A stretch of DNA of 64,000 bases, from the NCBI RefSeq assembly GCF_006345805.1, contig NC_043008.1, positions 74,276,001-74,340,000 of the forward strand, read 5' to 3'. This stretch comes from Octopus sinensis. Taxonomy: Eukaryota. Position numbers and translations under genes: made by a program. Positions 26,387 through 40,676 of the stretch are shown here, one piece after another. How positions within the stretch are numbered: position 1 is the stretch's first letter; each line of letters opens with the position of its first letter. The notes beneath the pieces were generated by a model. It searched no databases and was not told where the DNA came from. It was given only the letters and a program-made list of their open reading frames with translations.

Positions 26387-27846
26387 ATCTCTCTCTCTCT
26401 CTCTATTTCTCTCTCTCTCTCTTTCTCTAGTTCTGTTACACTGCAACAGATTTATTAAAAATAATAAGTTGACAACAAAGAATGTTCACTTGGTGTTCTC
26501 TCTTGTAAGAAAGGGATCATTTTAAGTAGGTATCAAAGTTCGCTGAGTGGAAACGGCGGATTGTAACAGATAGGTTTCACTTCAATAATAACAACTACAC
26601 TAAAGGTTTGTTTGTGTATATATGCGCGCGCCTGAATGTTTGAATGTGTAAGTGTGTATGTGTATGTGCGTGCGCGCAAAGGTATTACATTGAATACGTT
26701 TCTTAGACAATATGTTTAGTGGAATACACTCTAATAGAGACGCCCCAAAGCTTTATCATCTTCCATCAAATGTTCAGATTCTTCATTTACAATATTTGTG
26801 GGAAAATGATATAGCGGGGTGCTGTATGTTTATGTTCAGATTGCGATGTTGTTTCAAGCTCAGTTGAAGATATTTAGCTTACATCACTAACGCCTTCGTG
26901 GAAGACGGGAAACTCAAAACTGCTACATCTCTTATCACCAATTTGTGCGTGTTTCTGTACGTGGTGTGTTGTGTGTGTGTTTATGTGCATGTATGCGTAA
27001 GTATTTTTTGTGTATGTTTGTGTGCGCGCACAAGTGGTAAAACAAAGCGAAGTGTCTAGATTTTCGTTACTCAGAAGTTTACGTTTGAGGAAATTTCAAC
27101 TGATAAGATATATCCGCGCTGTACGTTATGTTCTGCGCATTTATTTACTCGTTTGTAAACGGAAACGGATACATTTCCCTATCTGTATCAGCTCTTGCGT
27201 CTCTGTATGCATATTAATACACGCACACTGATTCACACACACATATGTGTATATATACATATTAGTATACATATACATACATTTATTCATATGCGAATAC
27301 ATATTTTCATGACCATACGCGCACGTGTATTTACGAATGTATCTGTTTATATACAACTATAGTAAATTTACATACATGAAAGGCGTCTTCATTTAGTTAC
27401 ACCTTTATTGTAGTTTTAGTTATGACAATGATTTCCATTTGTACACTCCATGCGCTTACTAATTACAGTTTTTTCAGGAATAGTGAATATGAAAGGATTT
27501 CTGCACCCTATCGGTGCGAGTGTAGGCGAGTGTGCACATGTGTGTACTTCGTATAGACGTACTTGAATGAGATGGATTATTATCTAATCTAACAGTAAAA
27601 ATAAGTATATGTTTGTAGGTCTATTTATCTATCCTAAAAAGAAACTTCTAACAATTGTAACGACAAGATGCTGACATTCATAACAGGACATGTTTATATT
27701 TGTACGTGTTGATATGAAACCAACGGAATCGTGAATACAGTGTAAATTTATCCTGTGATTTTATTAAATATATACGCATGTACACATACATCATTTGAAT
27801 TTATGAAATTCATTGTGTAGTCAGAATTTACACACACACTTTTGAA

Positions 27847-28289
27847 CTTTCACTCGTATATCCCTGTTTAAAACACTGTTTAAATCTAACGGCCACAAAT
27901 ACAAGGTTATACATATCACAAAATTTCGCAAAACTTAAACACCCTTCACTTTCGAAATCATCTTTTCTCTATCACATAGAAAGAAAGAAATACCACCTAA
28001 ATTATTGACTAGCAAAACGAGCGAAGGAGAAGACACATAAACAGAATAAAATCTCTTTACAGCAATTACTATCACCATGACTTTTCACTCATATATATCT
28101 GTTTAAAACTAATGACCATATACACAAGATTATACATTTTAAACTATCACATCATTTTGCAAAACTCAAACACCTTTCACTCCCAATATTATTTTTTTCT
28201 TCATCACATAGTGGAAAAAAAAAGAGAATCCACCTAAATTATTGACTAGCAATACGAAGAAAGAAAAGTCGCAACTACTATCACCATGA
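27847..28289 (+). repeat. Diverged ~220-bp tandem duplication upstream of a CR1-like LINE
   Basis: CTGTTTAAAAC...GCAAAACTYAAACACC...CCACCTAAATTATTGACTAGCAA...CTATCACCATGA occurs twice. Confidence 0.8.
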
Positions 28290-31235
28290 GCAAAATAGCC
28301 CAAAAGAAAATTCTTTGGACAGAGAATAAAATCGCTATTCTACTCATCAGCTAGCTTGACCTTTCACAAAATGTCAACACACAAGCGTCATGCCTCAGTG
28401 ACATTGTTTCTAAAATTTTCCCATTTTTGACAATCGAACAGCAGAACAAGTGGAATCTAATTTAAAGCATATTTCGAAATCCTAACACCTCGTTAAGGAG
28501 CATCTTAACAATACTCCACTTAATATTCGCCGATTCTACTAAACGAAAACAGCCTACCGTTACTGACCTGTTAGCTTTCCAACCTACTAATGCCTACATA
28601 CCAAAATTTGCTCACACCATGATTACCATGATAACCAATTCCTCATACTCATCACCAGCAACATCATTACCACCACCATTATCATCACCAACAACACCTC
28701 TGTCATCACCATCATCATCATCACAAGCAACATCGCTGCCATGGCTATCGTTAGCACCAGCTCCACCACCACCATTATTATCGATGCCAGCGCCGTCGCC
28801 GTCACCATCGGCATCAACAGCTACTACTACTGTCTCCACCACCACAACCTAACAATAGAACGAATAACATCTCAGCCGAACCAAATACACCAGGAACAAC
28901 CCTTACCACATCATTCCCAGAATAATTCACCTCTAAATCCTCCGTAAACAAACAATTGCCACATATCCCACCCTCACAAATAAAACGGAACCCCCAAATC
29001 TGCCGTTGTTCCTTCCGTTAGAGGATGTGTTTGCGACAACACTGTCTTTCCACAAACCTCGAGGGAACTAGAAGCATCAACTATGGAACATCCATGAACA
29101 GACAACTACGTCACACTCCTCTTACACAAACAAAATGGAATCCCAATATCTGCTGCTATTCTTTTCATGAGAGAATAATGTTTGCAACAAAGCTGCCCTT
29201 TTACCCACCTACCGGGAACTAGACGCTCCATAAGTAAATATAGTGGCACTAAGAAAAGTGGTAATATTGTGAGTGCTCATCCCAACAAATGCAACCACGC
29301 CAAACCTGCCCCTTATCCCAACTCCACAAAGTCTAATCACCATAATAACTGTATCACCTACTACGGCGAAAATGTTTCCTTTACCCTACATAAACCAGGG
29401 AACAGAAAACCAGGCCGAAAAAACAAATGTGATAAAATTATTTGCGGCTGTATTCATCAGTGCAACAACAACTACAGTGACTCGAGAAACCAAATTTCTT
29501 TGGCCATTTTGAATCTGGCGAAAGAAATCAAGAGAAGCATTCAAGCCTCTACTCCCAACCCAAGGTGAAAAACACCCTTGCTACTGCCACTGAGTAGCAA
29601 TAACAACAACAATAGCATCAACAAACATGACGTGCATATGCTGAAGAAACGCAACGATGCTGCTGCCTTAACAATGACCAAGGTATCAACCCAGCCATTA
29701 AGGCTCGAAAATGGAAAATACCCTAAATTGAAGGATGGATTGCAGCACACTCACATCTCACAGCCAATCCTTTTCTTTGTCCTAAATGAGACCCACCTAA
29801 ACAACCGGCATTTAGAGGCTAAACTGAAAATTGGAGACTTCATAATAATTTGCGCTAATTGGGGAGGCTGAAGAAAGGATGGATTTGCTGGGGGGGGGTT
29901 TCCATGATTCTTTCAGCGTAGATTCCAAGAATATTTTCTCCAACAGCTACTGCGAATCAGTCTCTGTGCACAACAAGGGTAAAGCCTTGTCTGGAATTGG
30001 GCTCTACAGATCCCCACAAGCACCCTTACACTATTTCCAAGAGTACCCCGAGAAGATCAAATATTTCCTTCTGCAATGTAACCCAGGAAATATTCTGATG
30101 ATGGATGACTTCAACCTACCCACTGTAAATTGGTCCAATAATATTGTTAGACCAGGAACCTTCACCTCAAGCTCAGACAAAGCAGCAGTGAAGTTACTTT
30201 TTAAATTTATCGATAATTTTTTCTTGTCACAACTCGTCCATAAACCAACCGGAAGCAACCAAAGTGTTTTGGAATTAGTGCTAAGTAACCATGCTAACAT
30301 TATTCATAACATCACAAAGGAAAGAACTCTCCTGTTCGATCATGACATAGTACTCTGTAACCTCAATCTTCAGCATCCAAAAATTTGGCATAAATCCAGT
30401 GCACCCATTTGATAATATGAGCTTACACAAGTCAAACTGGAGCGCGATCACTCAAGAGTTATCGCAAGTGGACTGGTCCTTCACTCATGCTTCCTCCAAT
30501 ACAACAAACACAATCGCATGGCAACTGTTTGAGGATACAGTCACCCACATATATTCAAAACAAACACTCTCACGACTCATAAATTTCAGTAGATGCAGGA
30601 TTCCAAAATAGAGAAAAGCGGTCACCAGGAGAATAAAGAATATAAACCGAAAAATCAGTACTCTAAAATGCTAACATCAGCAACACCCTCAATTAAGAAC
30701 GATAACAACCTTGTAATCAAAGAAGCAACAACTGCAGCGTGACTGATCTTGATTACTGGGAGCGCCTTAAATCCTTGAAACTCTACTACAGCGCCGCTGC
30801 AAGCGGTACATCATTTGCACGATGTAGAGAACATACCGCCAGCATTGCCCAAACTACCTGAACATTAGCTTCAAGGTTCATCCTAGGTTGGGACCACGGG
30901 CATAATCCCCTGCCCAATTCAAGATTATAACATATAGGTACACTGCGACACAATTTCTTTTCCTCAACAGTCCTGTTTATCATTGTCCCAAAACTGATCA
31001 AAGAGGAAAAGGATCCCATCACCTTTAAACGGAGTCTGGCCAAATTTCTTCAAGGAATACCAGATAAGACATCTATACCTTCATATAACTAACTCAACAA
31101 GAACTCACTATTTGAATGGTCCATGAAACCACAAAGCTTGACTTAAAACGGATTTAAATAATCCTATCAGGTGGTACTATTAAGTTAGATATGGCCAGGA
31201 CCAATCTTTGGTGGAAACACATCTAAGTTTATCTA

Positions 31236-31242
<7 letters not shown>
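28290..31242 (+). mobile_element. CR1/Jockey-group LINE remnant: ORF1 traces, APE endonuclease, RT deleted, 3' end present
   Basis: LNETHL, YRSP, MDDFNLPTVNW, LSQLVHKPT..N..LELVL and LFDHDIV (APE). 3' peptides HPRLGPRA, FKRSLAKFLQGIPD and NSLFEW. Short tandem tail (ATCTAAGTTT)x2. Confidence 0.85.
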
Positions 31243-31283
<41 letters not shown>

Positions 31284-31430
31284 ATATATACGTCTCTCAC
31301 TGCTGGTAGGGCAAATGGGGGCCGCGGCTTCAAACCCCTCATGCACCAAATGTCAAGTTCTAAAAAGAATTACTGAAGTAAAAATTATGAGCAACACGTG
31401 TGTTTGTAAATGTGTATTTGTGTATGTACG

Positions 31431-31487
<57 letters not shown>

Positions 31488-31490
<3 letters not shown>

Positions 31491-32688
31491 ATTGAACCTT
31501 GGGAAGGCATTGTGATGGTAATAATAAACACACGCGCTGGTCCAGTCCTTTATTTTTACTGTAAAGTATTGTTCGTGTTATTTCTTTTATCTATTATTTT
31601 TTTTTTTGTCAAATATTTAATTGGCTGCTTTGTTGCAATCCCTTCAGTGACACGTCTCACTACATCCATTTCATTTGAACATATATTCCAGTGTTGGAAT
31701 TTGTCCGAGATCTGTGTTCTGAACCGGATTAGCATAGAAATCCTGTCTAGACACCTGGACGACGCATCGCTACGACAAATACGAGAGTAAGTCTTCATAA
31801 ACTAAACACGACCGGTTTTGAATAGTAAATACTCTCAATAGGCAAAGGCCTTACAAGGACCTGTGGAGGCACACACACATACATACACACACACACAAAC
31901 AGATATACACACTTACTCACACACATGCAAAGACAAACAAGGAAACAGACATGTCCACACGCATACACATACATACGCATACGCACACACACGGAAACAT
32001 GCGTGCAGAAGTACACACAAATACACAGGAACTTACACATATATGAACGCACACACATACACACGCACACACACACACGGATACACACACACAGACACAC
32101 ACACACGGATACACACACAAAGGCACACTGAGCCACAGACAGATGCTCACACAATCACGGACACGCGAACAGAAACACACGCTCACGCATGCCCTCCCAT
32201 ACACACACGGACTCACGCATAGGTATGCTCATACTCACGCACAGATAGACATCAATTTATTCAGCATTGTCTAACTGTCTATGAGAGAAACGTCATATGG
32301 ATGAACGTGCGTTTGCAAAGAAAACAAAGAGAAAACCAAAACCGCTTTCTTATGTGTATGAAAGTGACATAAGTTAGTATTTAAAGAAATATACAAACAC
32401 ATACGGATGCACACACTTACGTATAAACACACAGACACACAGACACACAGACATACACCAATCACATACTCATCTTGGAGAGATCTCGGACAAATCTCAA
32501 CGCTGGAACATAAGTTTAAAAAATGGAAGTAGAGAGACGTATCAGTGAAGAGGTTGCAACAATGCGATGAAATAATTATTTGATAAACAATAATAACAAC
32601 ACAAACAATACTGAACAACAACAATAAAGGACCGAACCAGTGTGTGTGTTTATCTTACCGGCATAATGCCCCCTCCAAGGTTCAATAG
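31488..32688. mobile_element. Foldback/MITE-like element with ~220-bp imperfect inverted repeats around a CA-rich spacer
   Basis: 31488-31713 (ACTATTGAACCTTGG...ATTTGTCCGAGATCT) is the reverse complement of 32479-32688 (AGATCTCGGACAAAT...CCAAGGTTCAATAGT). Confidence 0.7.
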
Positions 32689-32949
32689 TATTTCTTTCAA
32701 CACACGAATTCACATCAAGAATCTTGCAAACTAAATACAAATACGAACTATATATAGATATATAGACATATATATATAAATATGTGTGTGTTCATTCTCT
32801 CGACTTCAGCGCGTCTATATATTTGATAAAGTAATTTAACCTTAGAGTCCATTTCCAACGTGTGGCTTTGCTTATAGTAACAGCCTTTAATGTAATAATT
32901 ATATATAAATATCTGTATTTTTTTATCGGCTTGAGCTCAAAGATGTGAC

Positions 32950-33450
32950 CATGGTGTGGCACCGCCGTTTGACTACACAGTTATTATTGAGAGCCTCCTA
33001 TTTTATGTGGCATTTGGTCAATAATGGAGTTTCATGCTGCTGTCCTCATTAACACCTCTTACCGCGAGGTAGGTTCATATGAAACTCTCGCGAGGAAGAG
33101 ATCTAGTTTTGTTTTGAAAACACATACATCCACTTTTTGCTGGTCCTTCAGCCTCTATGGGAAAATATTAAAAAGCTGTGGGACCCTGAAACCTAGGCTG
33201 TTTCAATAACTGTTCCTCAAGTGCAATGGCGTTGTTGGGATCTTTAGTAATTGTGTTGCTTTCAATGCCAAAATTTGGCAAAATCCCCTCCAGGATCTTT
33301 CAGATCTATATTACTGCATATCACTTCAATCTTCTATCTAGAGTCAAGGGAGTAGATTCGTAGCTGCTTCAGCATTTCCCAGTAGCTGAGCTGTTGCAAT
33401 GAGACGATCTTCTTTGTGAAGCTTCACTGAATTGCTTCAAGGTCCGTTGT
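32950..33450 (-). mobile_element. CR1-like LINE 3' fragment
   Basis: Minus strand reads LEAIQxSFTKKIVSLQQLSYWEMLKQL and KILEGILPNFGI. Confidence 0.75.
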
Positions 33451-33978
33451 TAATAGAAATCTTCAAAAAACTTAATTAGAAGGTATATTAACCTCTTAAA
33501 GGGATGATTACAACCAAGAAAACATTAGTTCTTTACCTTATGTATGTGGGAAAATAAATTTCTCTAAATCAATAGGGATATATTAAGTATATCATCCGTA
33601 TTAAAGTAAGAGAAAATGGAGAGTTAGTGGTTAATATTTATTTATTAATAAATAGGTAATCATTTCTTCTTACAGCTGTTTCCATTGAATGAATTACAAA
33701 TTTATGCATTAAATTTGTATTTATAAGTTATGAGCAAGATATCATTAGGGAAAAGTCAGAGATTAAAAAAATTACCTATCTGTTCATTCCATATGGAATT
33801 GGTTCACTTCTTATTACCTATCTGTTCATTCCATAGGTATCTGTTCATTCCATATGGAATTGGTTCATTTCTTATTTATGTATGTGTGTGAGACTTAACG
33901 CATTAATTCGAATATAATAGAATATAGCAAAATAACGACGATAAAATAAAATAAATATAAATAACATAAGGTAGAATA

Positions 33979-35580
33979 TCTCTCTATATATAAAACTGAG
34001 AATGTGTGTCTGTCTGTCTGTGTGTTTCCCTAAAACTTGAGAACTACACAACCAATTTCATTCAAATTTTACACATGCCTTACTTACGGTCCATGTAGTT
34101 TCATGAGCAAAAAAATGTTCAACTTCTTGCCTAGAGCGAGCCCATAGCAATATCATATCTTCTCCACTATTTCAGTATTACGTGTTAAAAGTGAAACAAA
34201 AACATTTCTCTATCTTATGTCAGATACTTTCACTTTAACAATAGAAATTACAGATAATAATAACAATTGAATTATATGTAGTAAGTAATAATTTTAATCA
34301 AACTAAAGTATATTATAATAATTAAATCGTAACGTAACAAAAGTAAAAATAACAGTTGGTATAAAATTGCATCAATGACTTGAACTTGAATAAGTAGTTT
34401 CACATGAATGGGAATGAATTAAAAATAAAATTAATGTGCAGAAATGGAATAGTCCAGAAGGAGCTGTGCACATACCACGGCTTTTACATTAGAATATCTG
34501 CTAATTAGCTAGCATTAAGTATCTATATGAAGTTTGGCTGTATGTAATGTCTGTTTTCTCGAACAGCCGCTTCTACTGCGTACTGCTGTTGCTTTATTTC
34601 TGATCCATAAAGGAATATAACTTCACCTGAGTACTGCTTTTTGATTCACCGTAAGGTTTGTTGTTGTTATTATTACTGTTTAACTATTGTTATCACGTTT
34701 GTTGGTTCCTCGTAAGGGAAACGTTGTTGTGTTGCATTTGCTAAATAATTGTAAACCGTAACCCTCCCACTTTGGGAGAAGGAGCTTTGGTTATTGTTTA
34801 AAAATTGAATTGTGTCCCTGTTTGGGGAAATTGATAATATTTTCACCGTTTATACAGAAGCATTTTTGGTAAAATGTCTTCAATAGAAGAAAGTCCAAAA
34901 ATGAATTTCGCTGCAGCCGTCGGCGGGCGCGAACTCATTAAAATTAAAATGGAAGAAACACAAGCCTATTTCGAATTGATCAACGACAAAGACGGTGAAT
35001 CTAGGATAACACCAGCAAGCGAAATAAAAAAATTAAATTAAAGAAAAGACTATTGTCTATAAAGTATACAATGTAGAGAAGAAAAAAAAGATTTGAACAC
35101 CTGGAGGAAAGCACCATCGAAAAATGTCTTGGTGCGACTATGAAAGATATCTAACCAAAGGCGGTAAATTCGCCACAATAGAAGCAAATTTCGAGTCAAC
35201 GGAGCGTGCAAGGGAGTACTCGACTCGAACCCTGCAAAGTGAAAATATTTTATTTTTACCTTTATATATGGGACGTAGGACGTCCCAGATAAAAATTTAA
35301 AATGTCCCCCAAGAAGTAGAGGTAGGCTGGATTCTAGCCACACTTCTATACAAGAGGGAGGACAAGATACAATTGATTGAAATTGCAAGAGACGGGCCTA
35401 CAATTCCAGTCTGTTATATATTTTGAGTATTGTTATCACTAGCGATATCAAGATATTATTTTGTATTTTATGTGTAGATGTATATATATAGATACATGTA
35501 ATATGTACACACATATATATATATACATATGTATACATGCACTAGCCCTATGACCCGGCAACGACGGGTCATAATGCTAG
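33979..35580 (+). mobile_element. Non-autonomous Helitron (about 1.6 kb)
   Basis: 5' A|TCTCTCTATATATAAAA followed by (GTCT)n; 3' hairpin ATGACCCG-GCAACGA-CGGGTCAT (35550-35572), then CTAG|T. No TSD. Confidence 0.8.
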
Positions 35581-35854
35581 TAATATATATATATATATAT
35601 ATATAAGTACATATGTACATATAGACATACATATATACAAAAAAGTATACATACATATATACACATACATAGACAGTTACATAAAGAAAATACATGTGAA
35701 CTTTTTATATTAATCCATGCCCATTGGTTGAATAATTTAATTTTTCTACATGCGGTGAAGGAAAATATCTAAACATGAAGGTTTATCAGTATATGTGTAT
35801 ATGCAGAATTTTATGGCAATAAAAGACTCACTTACAATCAAATATTTATGTGGG

Positions 35855-35895
<41 letters not shown>

Positions 35896-35899
35896 TATA

Positions 35900-35958
<59 letters not shown>

Positions 35959-36831
35959 GTATACATGCACATATATCATCATTCATCATCATCCTAGTTA
36001 GGTGTCGCACAAATATGTGTGTTTGTTTATGTATTATGTATGTATATGTGTTCGTGGGTTTGTGTATGTATATACTGAAATAGATAATACTCATATAATA
36101 CATACAAGTACTGTATAATTAAATACCTTAATTTTTTTCTCTTTTTATAAATGCGTTCTGTAGAGATGAATGTTCGCTTTCCCTCTCCACATTCCTGAAA
36201 CTTATATGTATTCCAATATCTTATGAGCTACTTACTTACCAAAGAAGTTTTAATTGAAAAAGCAAATCTCGCTCGTAGTGAATTAACTGAGAATAATTCT
36301 TAATTTCTCTAGTACCCATGCTAAATCCCTTTTAGGGAGGTGCAGCTATCGTTCAGTGAATCATTAGTATTCATCCGTTTTATACGTTGTTGCTAATACT
36401 TTCTATAGCTCGGTTCAAGCAGTGCTTTCACAAGAATAACCGAACTTTTACAGGTTTTTCCAAAAGTAATCTATTCAGTTAAAGAAATGAAAGAGAATTT
36501 AACAGTGACTATACCTCAATAATAGCGCACAATACATATACTGAATACATACACGCGCACAAACACACAATCACTACACACTCATGAACACACAATATAT
36601 CTATTCATGTTGGTACTACACACACACATAACTGTATATAGCTATGCACATCCATAACCGTCTTTTTGTCAGTCTATGTCTCTATTATTTGTCTATCTAT
36701 TTATACACACACAGACCCACGAACACACATAGAAAGCAGGCACGCACACCCAGACACGCATACATGCTTATATATATACACACGCATACATATATACATA
36801 CATATACACTATTATATATATATAAATACAT

Positions 36832-36928
<97 letters not shown>

Positions 36929-37034
36929 GTATATCTATATGTATTTTTATAAGCATACATGCTCAAAAGTGTCTCACTCTTTACACACACACACACATAT
37001 ATATATATATGCTGATATGAATGTACGTATATAA

Positions 37035-37069
<35 letters not shown>

Positions 37070-37089
37070 ATATATATATATATATAATA

Positions 37090-37129
<40 letters not shown>

Positions 37130-37344
37130 GTATGTACATCCATATAAACATTTGTACATAAATGCATAACATAAATACATACACACATTCATACATGGAA
37201 ACTTCATAACAACAGTACATGTCTGGAATATTTGCTATTGCGAATCGGTACCTATAATTATTTATCTGTCACTCTGCCCCGTTCTCTCTCTACTTCTATG
37301 TCTACTTGTGTGCATGTGTTTCAAATCTCTCCTTTTTTCTCCTT

Positions 37345-37442
37345 CTATCAATCTGTCTGTCTGCCTGTATGTATGTCTATCCATCCATTCATCCATCCCT
37401 ACATCCCTCCATCTATCCATCCATCCAGCCAGCCAGCCAGCC

Positions 37443-37524
<82 letters not shown>

Positions 37525-37537
37525 TTATCTATCTATC

Positions 37538-37570
<33 letters not shown>
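37345..37570. repeat. Compound (CCAT)n/(CTAT)n/(CT)n microsatellite
   Basis: Directly visible. Confidence 0.9.
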
Positions 37571-37590
<20 letters not shown>

Positions 37591-38396
37591 GATATATATA
37601 TATATATATATTTACTTATCTATATATATATATATTTACCTATCTATACGTGAATCTCTGAGTGCGTGCGCGCATGTGTATGTGTGTGTCGACACACGAA
37701 CATTATGCATGTATATATATAAACGTAGACAGATAGACAGACAAACAGGCAGGCAGACAGATAGATAGATAGATAAATAGATAGACAGAAAGATAGATAA
37801 TTTTCTATTTACATACTCACGTACGTGTACACACATGCATATATATGTATATATGTGCTTGTGTGAGCTTATATATGTGTGTGTGTATGTTTGAATAAAG
37901 ATATATTCACGTATACATATGGTAATTGTATGTAGAATCATATACAAGAATATCTATAAATAGAAACTTATGTATATACGTATGTTTATGCTATATGCTT
38001 ATTTATATACGTGTGTGTATAAATGTTGTGCTTGTGTGTGAGCGTGCGTACAGAGACTTACACTCATACACACTTAATAATTATGAACTATTAAATATAA
38101 TTTACATAAATGGCGTGAATACATATTTCAGAGAATAGTAAAAAAAAAAAAGAGAAAAAGAGTAGGTAAATGTAGAATGCTATAGAAATTTCCAGAGAAG
38201 TATATAATCGAAGGTTTCTATAAATGATTCCATTATTGAAAGACTTTCATGTGAATAACTGCCCCATTGCTTGAAAAATAGCCGGGATTTCATGAATGGG
38301 TTCCATATGAATTTTAAAAATATTCCTGATTATCTGCCGGTTCTTCTTCTAATGTAGTTCTTCGAATAATTCTTTCTTAATACTTACTCGATAGTT

Positions 38397-38442
<46 letters not shown>

Positions 38443-38589
38443 GCATAACTTATCTGTTGCTATATTCAATCAAATAAATCAAGATTTCTTTTGATTACAA
38501 CAATATTGAGCTTGGGAGGGTGTCTTTTTTCGTATTTCATAGGGGAATAAAACAAATTAAATTTATCCTACTTTCATAATGATAATAAT

Positions 38590-38636
<47 letters not shown>

Positions 38637-38709
38637 TGATGATGATGATGATGATGATGATAATAATAATAATAATAATAATTATAATAATAATAATAAT
38701 AATGATAAA

Positions 38710-39488
38710 GAAAAATGTACGGTCAGTTTGCAAGAGATGTGAGAGCCAAGACAGATACAGTGAACCGGTGGCTAAGGACGAAGAGGGGTTGCCTGAAAAT
38801 AGAGACAGAAGCACTCATGCGCACCTCAGGAACAAGTGTTAAGGATTGACCACACAACCGAAAGCGGCAAATGCAGAATGTGTTGTGAGAGGGGTGAAAC
38901 GGTATGGCATATCGTTAGCGAATGCCCGAAATTGGCACAACGCGAATACAAACGACGCCATGACAATGTGGTAAGAATGATCCATTGGGAGCTCTGTGGA
39001 AATCACGATCTACAAAGAGTAATGGCATGGTATGAACAAACTCCAGATGGAGTCACCGAAAATGAGAACTGCAAAATCCTATGGGATGTAATGATCCAGT
39101 TCGATTACCTGATCAGACATAGGAAACCGGACATTGTTGTGGTGAATAAAATAGAAAGAACATGATTATCGACATAGCGTGCCCCAGTGACAACAGGATC
39201 AATGTGAAAGAAGAAAAAATAAACAACGATGGCGATTTAAAGAGGAAAATACGAACGTTGACCTCAATGAAGAGAGTAGACGTGATGCCGATAGTAATTG
39301 CTGCACTTGGCAGTATCAGCACTCAGTTACAAACACGGTCGAAAAAGATCAGTACAAGTGAAAAGGTAGAAAACCAACAAAAATTAGCATTGCTGGTTCT
39401 TGTAACATGATCACTAAACAAGTGTCTGCTGGCTGTAGACAGCTGACACTTTCCATCATACCCAGCAAATTAAGCTGTGAGTTTTCAT
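38710..39488 (+). mobile_element. R4/Dong-like 3' fragment (CCHC and RLE)
   Basis: KCRMCCERGETVWHIVSEC, YKRRHDNV, ILWD...RHRKPDIVV and IIDIACP. Preceded by (AAT)/(GAT)n at 38577-38707 and followed by (GAA)n/(GGA)n. Confidence 0.9.
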
Positions 39489-39649
39489 AGAAGAAGAAGA
39501 AGAAGAAGAAGAAGAAGAAGAAGAAGAAGAAGAAGAAGAAGAGAAGAAGAAGAAGAAGAAGAAGAAGAGAGGAGGAGGAGGAGGAGGAGGAGGAGGAAGA
39601 GGAGGAAGGGGAAGATGGAGGAGGAGGAGGAGGAGGAGGAGGAGGAGGC

Positions 39650-39954
39650 ATGAAATTTGGTGGGAGGGGCTAGTTGATTACATCGACCCCAGTGTTCAAC
39701 TGATACTTATTGTATAAATCCAGAAAGGATTTCATATTAGCAGCACAAGATCAAAGTTTGCATATCAAAAACTAGCAGGCTATTGTTTTTCAAAACTGAT
39801 GTGTCTCTAAACGCAGATTCTGCGATAAATTTAATGAAACAGTAGATTATTTCGTCCCGAGATGTCTTGTGAAGACACCAGACGAATACAAAGCTCAGCA
39901 CGATAGGATAGGTCTGTATTTACATTTGAAAATACGTAAACACTACAAAAGCAG

Positions 39955-39955
<1 letters not shown>
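39650..39955. mobile_element. Family C SINE fragment (minus) fused to a Dong-like CCHC fragment (plus)
   Basis: SINE core at 39650-39730, then AAQDQSL, xRFCDKFNETVDY and EYKAQHDRIGLYLH. Confidence 0.55.
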
Positions 39956-39986
<31 letters not shown>

Positions 39987-39993
39987 GTGGTGG

Positions 39994-40039
<46 letters not shown>

Positions 40040-40072
40040 AATGATAATAATAATAATAATAATAATAATAAT

Positions 40073-40625
40073 GCCCTGATGCAGTACTAGGCAGTGGCTC
40101 TCGTGGCTTCTGATCTTAACTGATTAGAAGTGTTATCATGTACATTGTTTTGTCTTGGTATAAAAGATGGGCTACAGCAAATATTCTGCTCAGTACCACA
40201 GATTTGCTTGTCAGTTGTTTCACCTTAACCAGTTGAGCATGACCCTTAGTGACTGACGATATGTGCATCTCTGATCATGAGCAGAAGTAGTGGGGGACCA
40301 TCATAGCCGTGTGTTGAAAGGAATTCTTAGAGGTTTCGATAATTCACCTTTGGAAACATGGGTGTTTCGTTCAACATCCTTAAACAATCCTTATTCAGGG
40401 ACCTTTGAGCGGGATGGGCTACTCGACCAGAAGAAAATTCTAACTGGGCCCCACCTGCAAGGTCATGCGCTGTTTATCTTGATATGAGATCCCCATGTCG
40501 TGCATATATGGTTGTGATGCATGTGCCTGGTGTAACCTTATCAGACGGGTAGGCATGATGGGTATACTGGGCTTCGTATATTTTACCCAAGTGTCACTTT
40601 GATGGCATGCACAGCTCTCTCACTC
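40073..40625 (+). mobile_element. ~550-bp non-coding element bounded by (AAT)n on both sides
   Basis: Sharp boundaries at pure (AAT)n tracts, GC-richer than the flanks, no convincing ORF and no tRNA head seen. Strand is inferred. Confidence 0.55.

Positions 40626-40676
<51 letters not shown>

Noticed and set aside
28612-28852. Pro/Ser-rich or Gly/Asp-rich ORFs
   Set aside because: A degenerate (CAT/CAC)n tract inside the CR1-like remnant.
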